Part shown: in pieces, positions 12,481-25,313 of the stretch
Layout: every line of letters begins with the position of its first letter
Position numbering within the stretch: the first letter of the stretch is position 1
Assembly: GCA_002189035.1 (NCBI GenBank)
Contig: NEEC01000011.1
Location: 806,001-870,000 of the forward strand
DNA length: 64,000 bases
Reading direction: 5' to 3'
DNA from: Utricularia gibba
Lineage: Eukaryota; Plantae; Magnoliophyta
The notes under the pieces: generated by a model
What the model was told of the DNA's origin: nothing
The model's input: only the letters and a program-made list of their open reading frames with translations
Databases searched by the model: none
Made by a program: the position numbers and the translations under genes

Positions 12481-14174
12481 GGTTTTATGTTAGTGACATG
12501 ATAACATTCAATTTAAAAAAAATATTGCTTTGTGGAAATTAAAAATAATTTTTTTAAAAAAATGAGGGTTCTCACAAAAAGTAATATCATCAATATAGCT
12601 TTTTGCCAAATTAAAAATATAATAATACCCAATCGATGAAAGAGTAAGGTATGGATCAACCGTTGTGTTAAGTAGACATGCTGGTAAGTTACGCCTAATC
12701 CATGGATGTAATTACATATTTATTTAAAAAAATTTTAACCTATTCAATGTAAAATAACCTGGTCGATCGAGTGCTATACGATTTTTTCATTTAGTAAAAT
12801 GATATTAGTTAGCCATTCGATCAAAATATTTGGTTGTGATTGAACTCTATATTATTTTTTAAAAAAAATTTCAAATGTATCATTTAAAACATTCGAGCTA
12901 TATTGATAAGATGGATCCAGCACTATAGGATTTTTACTGATTACAATAGTCCAATCGATCCACATATTCTTGTAAAATCAAGTGGCAGCATAATTGGGGC
13001 AAAAGTAACCTCTCATCAAACCCTCATTATGTATTCACTATCTCTAACTTCTCGATTTGGCATATGTTTTGCAATGGCGCCACCAATCAGTCCTTTCGGA
13101 TTACTAGCTATGACCATGCTGATGGATGTAGTTGAGAAAATTCATGTGAAATATCGAATTCCATGTGAATGTGGCCTTGATCCTACTTTGCAAAATCTAC
13201 TAAATAGGGCTGTAAATTCCACTGTTGCATTTCATCATTTAATTGATTAACTTTGCATGCTCCTTTTTATGATCACCCGTGCTTCAATTAGGCATTTTCT
13301 CTATTCTATGTGGAAGAAGGATATGTTGAAAGGGTGTTTCTAGATTGCTAACCATAATACAACTTAAAAAAGAGAAAAAAAATCAAACACTTCTGATTTG
13401 GTATCCATTAATAATTTATAAATTATTTTTTTTATCGAATTAATTCAAATGTATTTGAAAATTTTCAGTATTTTCTTTGAAATTCGTTTAATCTTATCAA
13501 AATCATAATTATAACTTGAGCATGTTAGTTGGTATTTCCAAGCTAAACTTCAGTGCAAATTAGTGAATGATCTATCATCTAATTTTCCAAAATGAAAATA
13601 GAAGCTTTTATGGATTAGATCACCTGTTAAAGCTCAATGGAATTTCCCCTAGACATATATGGGTCCGGATAGTGTGAAATCCTACAAGAATCAGAAATTT
13701 CTTCCTGATGTTTGGAAGGTAGACGTGCAAAAAAAACTTGCAGATAAGTCATATAAGTGGGCGGAGTTGATTGCCCAACTCACAACACATGTTGTGAAAC
13801 TCAAAGGTAAATCTGTTTTTTCTTTTGTTACATTTTATACACATTATTCAATAAATATAACACTATACAAGGTTCAAAAGAATTCATGGATTCCAAGAGT
13901 GGCATTCGTAATCAGATCATGTTCCACCACCCAAGTGAAGCAAAGAATGAAAGTTGGATATTCGAGCTAGTTGCACATCAGCATAAAATTTTTTTGAAGT
14001 AGGATCCTTGATTACAACATGGCACTGAAGAAAGGATGCAGACTAAAGCACTTGATGAGTAACATGAGGTACTTATCAAAGGAACACAGACCGAATATCA
14101 TGAAGAATAGTTTGTGATACATTCCGAAGGAACACAAATTGAAGATCAAAAAGAAATACTTGATATGAGCTTTT

Positions 14175-14874
14175 TGGTAGGTTTTAGCTACTCATGTATG
14201 AAAAATAAAACGAGGTTTCATTGTCATAAAATGAAGAAAATATTTCCAACATTGTCAAAAAAATAATCAATGAAGTCAAAGGTTTCAGCAAACTAAGTAG
14301 ATAAAATGATCTATTTCTATCTGGTATTGTTTATAGTATGCCATAGTAGTGTTGAGCTAGATCTTGGTAGTGTTCTTGAGGATGAGGAGTATTCTTCATG
14401 ACAATCTTCTTCTTTTCCTCTTTTGATCGGTATTCGTGTTGTTGGAGGAGCCTTTGTGTCTTGCTCCTGAAGCTCTTCGAAGCCTTTATTTGCGATTCTC
14501 TCTCCTCCAATATTATATTCTACTCTCTCATTTTCCAAGGCAAGTATGACCTTTGATAGCTATGTTGCTCCTGCCCTTGCAAACTATCACCGCGACAGTG
14601 TATTAATTGCTCCTTTTATGTTGCATTTTCTTTTGCAACCTGATGCTTGCATGAAACCATGTTGCCTCCCTTGATTTTTGGGAGTTCCTGCTAGACTTAA
14701 AATACATTAGTACATAAAATAGGCTAAATCAAAGGATTTAACTCATTTGCATACAAAGTTCATAACTTCACTAAATCATATAAAAATACTTAAAACTATA
14801 AAATAAGCAATTAAAACATAATTAAAAACTTATAATTTTTATATCATAAACATAGAAAAATTTGTGTACTATCA
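14175..14874 (-). repeat. 5' half of an Athila-family LTR
   Basis: Reverse complement begins TGATAGTACACAAATTTT (compare TGATAGCACACAAATTTT at 2236) and aligns with about 2236-2945, ending at the ATGAGTAGCTA motif. Confidence 0.75.
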
Positions 14875-16186
14875 ATTCTACAAGAAGATGGATTCAAAAG
14901 AGTTAAAAATTCACTCAATGATGCACAAAGGTCTTGTAGATTTTCACCACAATGGTAGGAGGAGATGACTAGAATCAAAATCAGGAATCAATTCTAATTG
15001 ATTTGAATGCTCCAACAACATTTGCTTACAACCTCTAATTACTCATTCAGTCATTCATCATATGATGAAGAACAATGGAGTCACACAACACACCCTTCCA
15101 CTACTGCTGCTAGAAATCCAATAATCCACACAACACCATCTTTTTTCCCATCCCTGTCATATTTAAAATAAAGCAGACACAAAACAAAAAACAAATTCAC
15201 TAAAAAAAACAATCAACAATACCCTCACATCACGTTTGAAGGAGAAGTAATTTGTAAGATGTTTCAGATTTTATCTTCCACATGGAATTACATTTGAAAC
15301 AATAGTATATTGGCAGCAAAAACAACTGTGTTAAGTACATGGTACATATTATATATTATGAACGACCATTAGCTTTAATTACAATAATAGCAGCAAATGG
15401 CATGTATTACATGTTCAAAATAAATAATCAATGCTATTAATGGTTAATGATTGAATGAGTGTAACACAAAATTGTCATGAAGAACAAATAAACACTTGAT
15501 CCAAATAATTTGAAACAATAAAATGATGCATAATATAATCAGTTAAAAATAAAAAAATAATAAAACACTTGATCCAAAATATTCAAAATTATTGAATGAT
15601 GTGTAATTCGAGAAATTAATAAAAATGCCTAAGAATCAAATGTAAGAATTCGAATTAAATGATAGAGCTTTCACAAACCATATAAAAAGTAAAAAATTCC
15701 ACAAACAAATTTTTGGGAAAAAGCACATATCACCAATTTCCTCAATCGTACTGTGAGAAAAAGTACTAGAACTCAATGGAATCAGAACTAGCCATCTGCC
15801 TACGGTGAGAAAATATCCTAGACGTGCTTAATTGGGTGAAATATTTGAACTAAATCGTGTGATATTGAAGTATAGCAGTGTTTTGCATAGCAGTTTCACT
15901 TTTGCTCATGGTTCATTTGCTTTCCCCTTCTTTAGACACATTTGATATGGTGTGAAAATGTTCTATTGGTATTGGCCTCAAATTTAGACGTTTATCTAGA
16001 ATTTAGAATATTTCAAAAAATTGAAATGAAACTATAATAAACCATAGCATCTAATAGAATACTGTTTTTTTTATTTTTCCTTTCTCAAAATAAGATAATT
16101 CAAATGATCTTTCATGATTGATTCTAAATAGGAAAGCTTTAATTGTAAATCATGATTGAATCTATGAAAGCGTTGATTTATATATT

Positions 16187-17525
16187 TGATAAACGGAAAT
16201 TTTAGCATATCGTTGCAATAAAAGCAAACTTCCATATCAAATACATTTATAAGTCCTAATCTACACAAAATACAAATTTAGAAAACTTGTATAATGATGT
16301 CGGGGTTGATCACGAAGAGCTTGTGCTTGCTAAGTGTTTTAGTAAATGCACAATTTGGAATAACAGTAAATCTTAGTCTAAGCTCGGACCAACAGTGGTA
16401 AACAAGCTTAGTAAACATTATCAGGTCTTAACTCTAAGGTAACAGATACTGGTTCTAATTCAAAATAATACTAACGTATCTTAAGGATCTACAGGTGGTG
16501 TGGTGCCATAATTCATAATTTAATCTACCATGTTCCTACACTCACAACTTCAAATAACCTAAGTCTACCCAAGTCATTTATCATATTTTCAGCTAATCTA
16601 GTCTCCCATATCATCACCAACATTGAAATTAGGTCTATCCGCATGCAAAGCATATAGAAATAGGTTTACCCGATTCTACTGGTTTCACCCCGGACTAACA
16701 ACTACTGCTCATGTCTTGATTTGTTGGTCTACCTCTAAATCAAGTATCTAAGTTGCAAAGCTACTTGTTCCCTTCCTTAGGTCTACTGATGGCTTGATAG
16801 AAACAAGAGTTAAGGGACAATAGTGAATTTTATTAAGACTCCTACACCCACACCACCATGCTTCACCTTAAATCACTCATAGGGTTTAGTTACTCATGCT
16901 TTGAAGGTAAAAAGTGATGGCATTAACATAAAACAACGAAAATATCGAGAACATTGTGTAGAAGTTGGGTGCAAAAGCTGAAAATATCAACCAACTAAAA
17001 TAAAGCAATAATAAGTTTGGTTTCCATTTGCTACTGTTTCTGGACCGAAACAATAGCGTTGAACTAGGTCTTGATCTACTTCCTTCAAACTGGAAGTTCT
17101 TCTCCAGAAAAATCCCTTTTCTTCCTCCTTCTCCTTTTGTGTTCTTCATGTTCCAGTTGAGGGAGAAACCCCTCGTGTGTTCTGAAAATTCTCGTGAATC
17201 CCCCCTTAGTTTTACGACTCTCTCTCGCCTTCCATTGTCCAAGGCAAATACATTCTCTCACAAATCTGCTGCTCCTGGCCCTGACTTGCAGACTGTCGCT
17301 GTGACAGTGTACTCATTGCTCCCTGCACCCTGATGACTTGCACGAAATCTAGATTTTTCCTTGATTCTTGAGTTGCTGCTCGATTCCAAAATCGGGTTAG
17401 ACATGGGGTGGGTTAAATCAAAGGATTTAGCCCACTAATCACACCAAAAATTATATTTTCCTAAATTACATAAGAACACTTAAAAATATAAAATAAACAC
17501 TTAAATATAACTAATATTGAAACCT
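16187..17525 (-). repeat. Athila-family solo LTR, about 40 bp short at its 5' end
   Basis: Reverse complement aligns with 2280-3600 and ends TTTCCGTTTATCA (compare TTTCCGCTTATCA). No internal retroelement sequence is adjacent. Confidence 0.85.
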
Positions 17526-17545
17526 TGCAGTGTCCCTTACCATTA

Positions 17546-18080
17546 TCAAACGTACCTTTTCATTTGCCCTAGAAACAAATGCATCTTGGAAAGATCAATC
17601 ATAATTATTTTTCCAGCTCTAATCAAATCTGCATTACTCATGTCTGGAAGTGGCAAAAAAAATATAAGATCAACAACCTGATCATTTCTCTCCATCGCCA
17701 ATGTACCATGACCAAGTTTATAGCCAATATGATCAATAGCATCATTTGTGTTGTCCGTTAACTTTTCCATGTGAGCTACCATATCAACGTCACATAAAGC
17801 AACATTGTTGTGCTTGATTGGTAGTTTGGTCTTCGACGCAAACATTGGAGAGACATCATTAGTAAATTTTTCAAATGGTGCCTCTACTAGAGAAACTCAT
17901 CTAGTTTAAGACTAAGAGGAATGTTTTCATTAACCTGCTTTGAAACTTCATCTTCAAATTCTCTTCAACCTACTCTAAACTGACCAGTTATCCTATCTCG
18001 TCCAAAAATCTCTTCCCAATTAGTGTAAAGTGGGAATGGCTTATATCTCAATGTTTGAACTCTTAAATCATTCAAAAAAA
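17546..18080 (-). pseudogene. PIF/Harbinger ORF1-like Myb/SANT protein remnant, C-terminal part
   Basis: LRYKPFPLYTNWEEIFGRDRITG matches the KPFP..D.L.EIFGKDRATG motif of At2g29880-like Myb/SANT proteins. The downstream ORF 17546-17845 has the typical LPDMS.ADLIRAGKII..D..KMHLF tail. Confidence 0.7.
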
Positions 18081-18429
18081 ATATCATCATATCAAATAAA
18101 GCAAAAATGAAGACATAGATACAATTTAAGTTTACTGAACAATAGATGATAGCACCACATAAGATCAAATGCAAAAGTAAAATTATTGTTATTCATCCAT
18201 TTTTACAATGAATAAAGTGTCCATATAATGAGTAATAACCTAACAACCATGGTTCCATACTCACAACATGCTATATTTTTGCAAAAATGAAAACCCATGT
18301 GGTATTCATCCAAGTACAATGAATAAAGTATTCTTTTAATGACAAATAAATATTATACTTTCAAGAGAATAACCATGATTACAATCAAACATTGGTTCTA
18401 ACCAATATATGCGTCTTTTATTCCTACTT

Positions 18430-19477
18430 ACGACTAAATCATGATTTAGTCTCAATCTGAATTTTAATCATTCTCTTGAGTAATGCAGCACGTTTTAGCA
18501 ACCCAAATCCCAAGTAACCAAAAGAGAATATTGAAGTTACATAAGATGTGGACAAAAGCTGGAAGGAAGTACACCAAAATCTATGTAGATAAAAAGATGG
18601 ATTTTAGACATACTGAGAATGAGAAAATATTTTCAGGACTTTGAACAATACGTCACAGATTTTTTGGAGGGAGATTTTGGGGAAAAACTTACAGGATGAA
18701 ACGAAGAAGACAAACCAAGGATCAAGCACTCTTTTGAAAAGTTCTTTTGCTTATGAAGAACATTAATCCTAGTTGGGAATAATTTTAGTTTTTCGCGTAA
18801 ACTATTTATGATTTCAGTTACTGCTTATATTAATGTTTCTTTTCTTAATGTTACTTTTTGAAAATAAGATGATGTTTATATTATACTATGAAAGTGTTTT
18901 ATTTTACCTTAATATGAGTAGTTAAACAGCTAGGTGTGCCTTGGAACTAAAGGGGGAAATAGTGTACAAATCATTCTTTTGATCTTGTTAGTCATAAATC
19001 ATATTAGTTCTTTAACAAACTAAAATAGATCCAGGAGGAGGAAGTTATGACACTCATCTTAACACCCTAATTAGAGATAGATCCACCATTAGAGAAAATA
19101 AGAGTTTGGGTAAATTTAGATTTTTGTTTGTTAGATGTATGATTTATAGTTAAAGTGAGGTTATTTTAGTGATAAGTATGCAACTCCCAGAAGTCCCAAG
19201 ACATTATTTTAATTAATTTTAGACAAAGAACGGCTTCTACCCGTTTACTACCTTTCTACATATTATTATGAAACTATTAATCCTAACTTAAATTAAATCT
19301 TTTAACTGTGACATTCACTAAATGCATTGATTTTTATATAATAAGTACCAGCTCCTTGTATTCAACGTTAATCACTATACTCATAATTATATTATGCTAG
19401 AATATGCATTACGTTTATAAATTTTATTTGATAGTAGAATTTGGATTTTAATAATATTGCATAATTTTCATTTATCA
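18430..19477 (+). repeat. Diverged Athila-like LTR (start uncertain)
   Basis: Contains ATGAGTAGTTAAAC. Its 3' end (TTATAAATTTTATTTGATAG...TTTTCATTTATCA) parallels the end of the 2236-3600 LTR. Confidence 0.55.
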
Positions 19478-19623
19478 ACAACCAAAATGAGCCAAATAAA
19501 TTGCATTCTAAAATAATGTTAATGTCAAACTTCCTAATAGCTTTATTCTATAACTTGTATTTTGGCGCCCCCACACAACTCCTTATATACTTTGAGGCTA
19601 TAAATGTTTAAATGTTTTGTTAT

Positions 19624-20104
19624 GTGTGTGTTTGTTAGGTAGGATTTGGTGGAATATGATTGTTAGGGAAATCATATTTCATTATTTCAATCATGAATTA
19701 AAAAATCATTATTCAAAATTTAGGATTAGAAATGTTTAGAATGTTTAAAAATCATTATTTTTAATATGATATTATTATTCTTTAATAGTATATTATGATT
19801 ATTTTATCGTCATGATATTTTTTATTCCATTTCCGAACATCCATTTTCTTACGAAAAATTCTTCCTCCCACAACCTTCTTTTTAATTTAACTTAGTAGAT
19901 ATTCGATATGTATTTTGAAAAGAGTATGCGTTTTCAATTATAAATTATTTAAAAATGTGCAATTGTCAAACATATTTCTTATCTTACTTTTTATTATCAA
20001 TCTGATATTTAAAATGATTCCCTATTTATATATATTCCCTTCTTATTTAATATCCCTATTAAGACATTTGGCATTATATCAATTTTCCTGAAACAAACAC
20101 TCAC
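19624..20104. mobile_element. Tourist-like MITE 1 inside ndhG
   Basis: TIRs GTGTGTGTTTGTT and AACAAACACTCAC match at 12 of 13 positions. TAT lies on both sides (19621-23 and 20105-07), the interior is AT-rich, and removing it rejoins ndhG. Confidence 0.75.
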
Positions 20105-20361
20105 TATGATGTTTATGAATGATTCAGAATATTACAAATATTTGTCTTGGTATTTTCCGGAACGAGTATCTTGACAGTTTATACAATTCTTTTTATTGCA
20201 CTAATTGCTACTATTTTTGACATATCATGTATGAGCTGTTTTGGATTACAAAATCAAATCAAATTCTGGAGCACGATTTGACAAGTACTAATGAACAAAT
20301 GAAAATTCATTTATCCACTGATTTTTTTCTTCCGTTTGAACTGAGTTCAGTAATTCTTTTA

Positions 20362-20609
20362 TGCTTTGTTTGGTTGGTTGATTTAGATATTGATGGATTT
20401 AAATTATTTGTTTTTAGATAAACCCAAATATGTAGGTATAAAAATGTCCATACCCTCTTGGGTATACATACATCCATATATGAGGATAATATATGTGTAT
20501 AATGATGATTATACCCATGTAATTGGTATAATTATATCTAAATACCAAACAATATAATTTTATTAAATTCATCATAAACCAATCTTATACTTTCATATCA
20601 AACAAGGTC
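20362..20609. mobile_element. Tourist-like MITE 2 inside ndhG
   Basis: Imperfect TIRs TGCTTTGTTTGGT and ATCAAACAAGGTC, with TTA TSD at 20359-61 and 20610-12. Removing it rejoins ndhG codons ILL-VA. Confidence 0.8.
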
Positions 20610-20852
20610 TTAGTAGCTTCAATAGTGTAGTTGCTATAGCCCTGAAATAATAAATTTCAAAAGCATATAATTTGAATAAAAAGCATTAGAATAAAGGAAT
20701 TCCTATGAAAAATATATAATAGAAAACTTACTTTTGAGTTTAGATCAATCTATTCAGATTTATTCTCTTGGATTGTTCCATGCCTGTTGGGATCGAGTTG
20801 AGTTAATTTTTCTGGAAATTAAAATGAAACAAAATGAGTAAGGAGTTGGTTA

Positions 20853-21150
20853 ATGAAGCCGAGTATATACATGTTTTTTTATAGTGACTATTTGTTTGCT
20901 ATTGATACATATTGACTTGTCAAAAATCCAAACTATCGCTAGAGCCTTATGTTGTGAACGCATATTAAACTCAAGAAGTATGAATTTTGTAATATTTTAA
21001 ATAATTTTCAATTAAGAGGCGATATTTTCTCTGCATTGTTATAGTTATTCCAATGGATGAAGCAACTATTCGGCTAGCTATTGCATCATCAATTTGTTGT
21101 AACATAAAATTCTGTCAAATTACTCAATTCAATTTGTTGAGTATATCAAT
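20853..21150 (+). pseudogene. ndhE: NUPT: ndhE pseudogene
   Basis: AAGGAG at 20840 upstream of the ATG. Frameshifted reading includes QLRGDIFS and VIVIPMDEATIRLAIASSICCNIK...QFNLL, versus plastid [32 protein letters not shown]...QSNLL. It lies about 200 bp after ndhG, in plastid gene order. Confidence 0.8.
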
Positions 21151-21885
21151 TATAAATAATGGAAGGTCAATAAGGGTAAGATATGATGTTACTTGTAAAA
21201 ACATAAAAAAAAATATTTTGAAACTCATTACTAATATTTTTTTAATTTTAAAGTAGATGGATCCTGATGATTTATTGATTTGTCTGATATCAAAATATAA
21301 TATTTCTTTTGAATTTCTTTTAATAGATCAAAATGAGCAACAGAATTCATTTAAACATGCATCCCCCACCACCACAACTACTAACTTGTTCGAATAGTAA
21401 TGGTGAAGTGTAGAAGCAAAGCAAATGCCTCATGATGATACATCTTTATGATTGAAGAACAAACTAAAAAGTAAGTCTTGTTAACTTACAAAACACGGTA
21501 GAGGCTATCTCCCACAGAGCATATTTGTATTTTCTTGTTTCTTCATAACTTGTAGTGCTGTTGGTAGCTTGTAATTCTTCACATTGTTGATATTGGTTAG
21601 TGAATTAGGAGCTCCCTTTGCTCAAGATTTTTTTTTATTTGGCATTTCCATGTAAAAATTCTATGGTGTTTTTTTTCTCTTTTCCTTGCTATCTTCACAT
21701 CAAAGTAGAACAAAATCGCAATATAAATTTTAACAGCATAGTATCAGAGATTCAGTAAATAGGTGATATTGTTATCTTCCTTGAAATAAATTAAAACTTA
21801 CTTTTTCAAACATTGAATTTAGTTAATCAATGATTTAGTCCAAAAATTGATCTAACCATATTTCTCTAAGGCAACACATTTGGTA

Positions 21886-22180
21886 TGTCACATCCCGAGA
21901 TACTTAGGTAGTTCACCAAAAAGTTTCCAAAAAAGTTCACTTGTTGATATACTGGATAGCACATTTTGATAGTTCACCAAATAGGTTCCGAAACCCCATA
22001 GGGGGGAATTTTGGCTCTCTTTGAGAGCATTTTACCAAACTAAGCGAGAAAGCACTTCGATGACTGTGGGCCGATGCTTGATGTTTACATCTCGAGAAGG
22101 CTAACTAAACGAGGTAAGCGTTTTAGTTTTCTGGGATATGCTAGATTTTAGGCATTTTCGAGGAAGGCAGAGGAAAAAAG
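21886..22180 (+). repeat. Possible Tekay/Del-type LTR 5' fragment
   Basis: Begins TGTCACATCCCG, a typical chromovirus LTR start. No partner LTR seen. Confidence 0.35.
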
Positions 22181-22189
22181 GACAGAGGA

Positions 22190-22860
22190 ACCAAAGATGC
22201 ACGTGTGTAGATACTGGACCTTCAAGGAAGAAGAGGGGAGCTTGAAGGAGTCAGGTCGAAGAGCAATTCAATCAGAGAAGCCACTAGGTGCCCAAAACCA
22301 AAGGTTAGATGGAACCGGGCATAGGAGTTGGGCGGTAGTAGTACGAGGAGAAAGGAATGAGAAGTCTAGTGGACCAACAGCAATTGTGATAACAATGAGA
22401 AGTCTAGTGGACCAAGCTGGATTCTTGGGTGTCAATAAAATACCGATGGGAGGAACAAGATTGATGCTGGAATTTAGCATTCCATAGGAGTGCGACGGGG
22501 CTCTTCAGAATAGTAAAGAGTGGCTCAAGGAACGCTTTCAGTGGCATATAGCAGCTGAAAAATTCGATCCGAGGGGTTCCACTGAATGCACGGACAGCAA
22601 AGACTTTCAGAAAACTTGGGAATGAGTAGGGGAATGTGATAAAACTGGACGACTCTACGATTTTCCAAAGGCACTTAGATGATGGACATCTTCTAATCCG
22701 ACTGATCAGGCTGAATGGATTCAAGGAAAAAATTGGATCAGAGTGGAGGGGATGAACTATCATATCTGGATACAAGAAATTGTTGGAACAAAGGTATTGG
22801 AGAAGAGGGTGACTATCTTACATTGTTAGTTGAAATGTTTTTCAACTAGTTTATATGAGA
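22190..22860 (+). pseudogene. LINE (L1-type) ORF1 remnant, DUF4283-like
   Basis: Broken reading AGFLGVNKIPMGGTRLMLEF..KEWLKERF..IRGVPLNARTAKTFRKLGNE.GNVIKLDDST, typical of plant L1 ORF1. Confidence 0.65.
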
Positions 22861-23955
22861 AGCTAATCCATCAACTTTGATGGGCCTGAGAGTGAGATTG
22901 GCCTCGTGAGCACGCAAAGTTCTAATTTATTAGACCAAGTTGGGCTTTTGAAGGACTCCAAAACCCAAAAAAGGCTACACATAGAGGGGGGAGGGATGCA
23001 AACCCACTGAAAAACGCTCTCTCGTATGTATAGCTCAAACCCATGTTTTGCTTTGTTTTGTCTCGAGCCATTAGAGTTCACGTATATAATCGACTAATTT
23101 ATGAAACCGAGAGAGTAGTTTTCGAGGAGCCTCTTGAATCTAGCATTTTATGTGCCTAAGGTTTTGATTTTTTCTTATTTTTCATGTTCGATTTACAACA
23201 ATCTAAAAGAGTATCTATATGAATCCGACCGCTGCCCCTTCAGAAAACCCTACTCTGACACTGTCTGTGCCTCCGATTACCCCCACATTGTTCACTGATG
23301 CCACACCAACCCTGATAGTCCTCACTGTTGCAGATCTGGTAGCTGTGTCGCCGCCACAGACAAACACTGTCCAGAATCCCATTGTCTCCACCTATTTCCC
23401 ACAAGTCACCTTTGATGTTCCCGATCTATCTCTGAATCATTCAATTGGTTGCCAGATCCCTAATACTACAAAGATCCCTAATTAATGTTTCACAATAATC
23501 TGGTGGGACAAAATGTGGTTTTTATGTGTTTTACTTTATTTATCATTTTCTTCAAGACGAACCTAAGGTATATGAACATATATTCACACTTTGTGAATAC
23601 TTGTTTTTACTTTATATGTAATTATTGCTTTTAATTTGATTTACAATGTGTTAAAATTGTATCAAATTCATAGATGATTGAAGACTTGTTTAAAAAGGAT
23701 GATGTAGTGCAATTTATTAAACAGCTAGATGTTCCATCAGCCAAATGCAAAGGACACAGTTACATTGCATGGGCACACATGACCAAGAACTTTGAAGGAT
23801 ATAAATGAACTCATCCAAAATAAAAATGATTGCGAAAAGATACTTGTTAGATTAACCTTCATCATTGATTTAGTTTTGTATCATCACAAGATTATTAAAA
23901 ATGCAAAATGATTGAAAAGCTATTAAAAATGGTTACTTGGAGATCTATGTGGAAA

Positions 23956-25313
23956 TGTTAGACTAAAATACAAATAATTTTAGGTTACGTAATTTTAGAC
24001 TTTTTTCTCAAAATACAAATTAAACACAAGATGTATAGTGGATTTTTTGGTATCAATCACAAGGAGAGAATACTTGCTATGTATTCTAGTCTATGCGGGA
24101 TCACAAAATGATTTTAGTCTTAATTTAAGGTTGAACTAACAGTGACACACAAATTCAATACGTAAGGTCGAGTTACAGAGCAGAAAATAACAAGTATTAG
24201 CTTTAACTATGAGATAACACTAAAATATCTCAAGGGTGTGTAGGTGATGTGGTAGTAAGGTACTTAATTTAATCTACAATATTTCTACACTCACAATTCT
24301 AAACAACCTAAGTTTGTCCAGGTCATTTATCATGTTTTTTTATCAAGATAGTCTCTAATAATTATCACCAATTTTGCAATTAGGTCGACCTGCATGTAAA
24401 ATATATAGAACTAGGTCTACCTATCTCTACTATTTCTACCCCGAACTAATAGCTACTATCTGCATTTGATTTGTTGGTTTACCTTAAAATCAAGTATCTG
24501 AGTTGTGAAACTATTCATTCCCCCTTAAGTCTATCCGAGGAATGATAGAAACGAAAGCTAAGACATATTGATCAATTCTCCTACGAACCCTAGTCCCAAA
24601 TCATCATTGTACACCTTAAGATATCCCTACAATCTAGCCAATCATATTGGGTAAGTAAAGCAAGATTTTATAGTCATAAACTGAAGAGAATATCCCAAAT
24701 TTTGTTAAGCAGATAGTAAATGAGAGTAAAGTGTTCAGCAAAGTAAGCAAATAAAGTGTTTTGTTTCCGTCTGCTACACTTCACAGCGTGGAATAGTAGT
24801 GCTGAGTAGATTCTTAAGCCTGTTCTTCACGTTGGGGGCTTCCTTCCAAAAATGTCAGCTTCTTCTCCTTTCTGGTATATCGTTCTTGTTGTTGGAGCTT
24901 CTTCTTGTGTGGTGTTGCTATCGAAGCTCCCCTTTCAATTCTCTCAGTTCTCCAAAAATATCTCCCCTCCTTTACTCTAATACATTGTTCTTGACACCAG
25001 TATTGTTATTTGTCTGAACTGGTAGATTGCAGGCAGTAGAACAGTGCTCTTTCTCTCCCTTCAGGTATTGTACCTCCTTTAACTTGATCCACGCATCTTT
25101 TATCTGATTTTTCTAATAATCCTCCTGCTAGACTTAATTAAATTTTAGTAACAAGAGGTAGACTAAATCAAAGTATTTAGTCTACTTTTCAATATAATCA
25201 AGAAATTAACATAAACAACACGCTAAATATTAAAAATCACACAAACCTAACTTAAATCACAATAAAATATAATACTTTTGTATTATAAAATGCTAAGAAA
25301 ATCTATGTCATCA
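23956..25313 (-). repeat. Athila-family solo LTR (1358 bp), full length, no matching TSD
   Basis: TGTTAG...TCATCA termini. Reverse complement aligns along 2236-3600 (e.g. CTCCTTGTGAT.GA.CC..AAATCCACTATACA). Flanks are GGAAA and GTATG, which differ. Confidence 0.75.

Larger units (their letters stand above)
19541..20650 (+). pseudogene. ndhG: Nuclear plastid DNA (NUPT): ndhG pseudogene, 5'-truncated and split by two MITEs
   Basis: Three segments join into ndhG: 19541-19623 (CAACTCCTTATATAC..GCTATAAATGTT), 20105-20361 (MFMNDSEYYK...[36 protein letters not shown]) and 20610-20650 (LVASI..VAIA, stop TAA at 20648). Confidence 0.85.

Noticed and set aside
21320-21440. Possible continuation of the NUPT into psaC
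   Set aside because: ATAGATCAAAATG resembles the psaC start context, but the following sequence does not read as psaC (no SHSVKIYDTCIGC).
21731-21750. PBS-like AACAGCATAGTATCAGAG
   Set aside because: Imperfect match to TGGTATCAGAGC, with no recognisable gag downstream and no defined LTR upstream.
23219-23485. Pro/Thr-rich 88-aa ORF
   Set aside because: Low-complexity sequence with no recognisable domain or supported exon structure.
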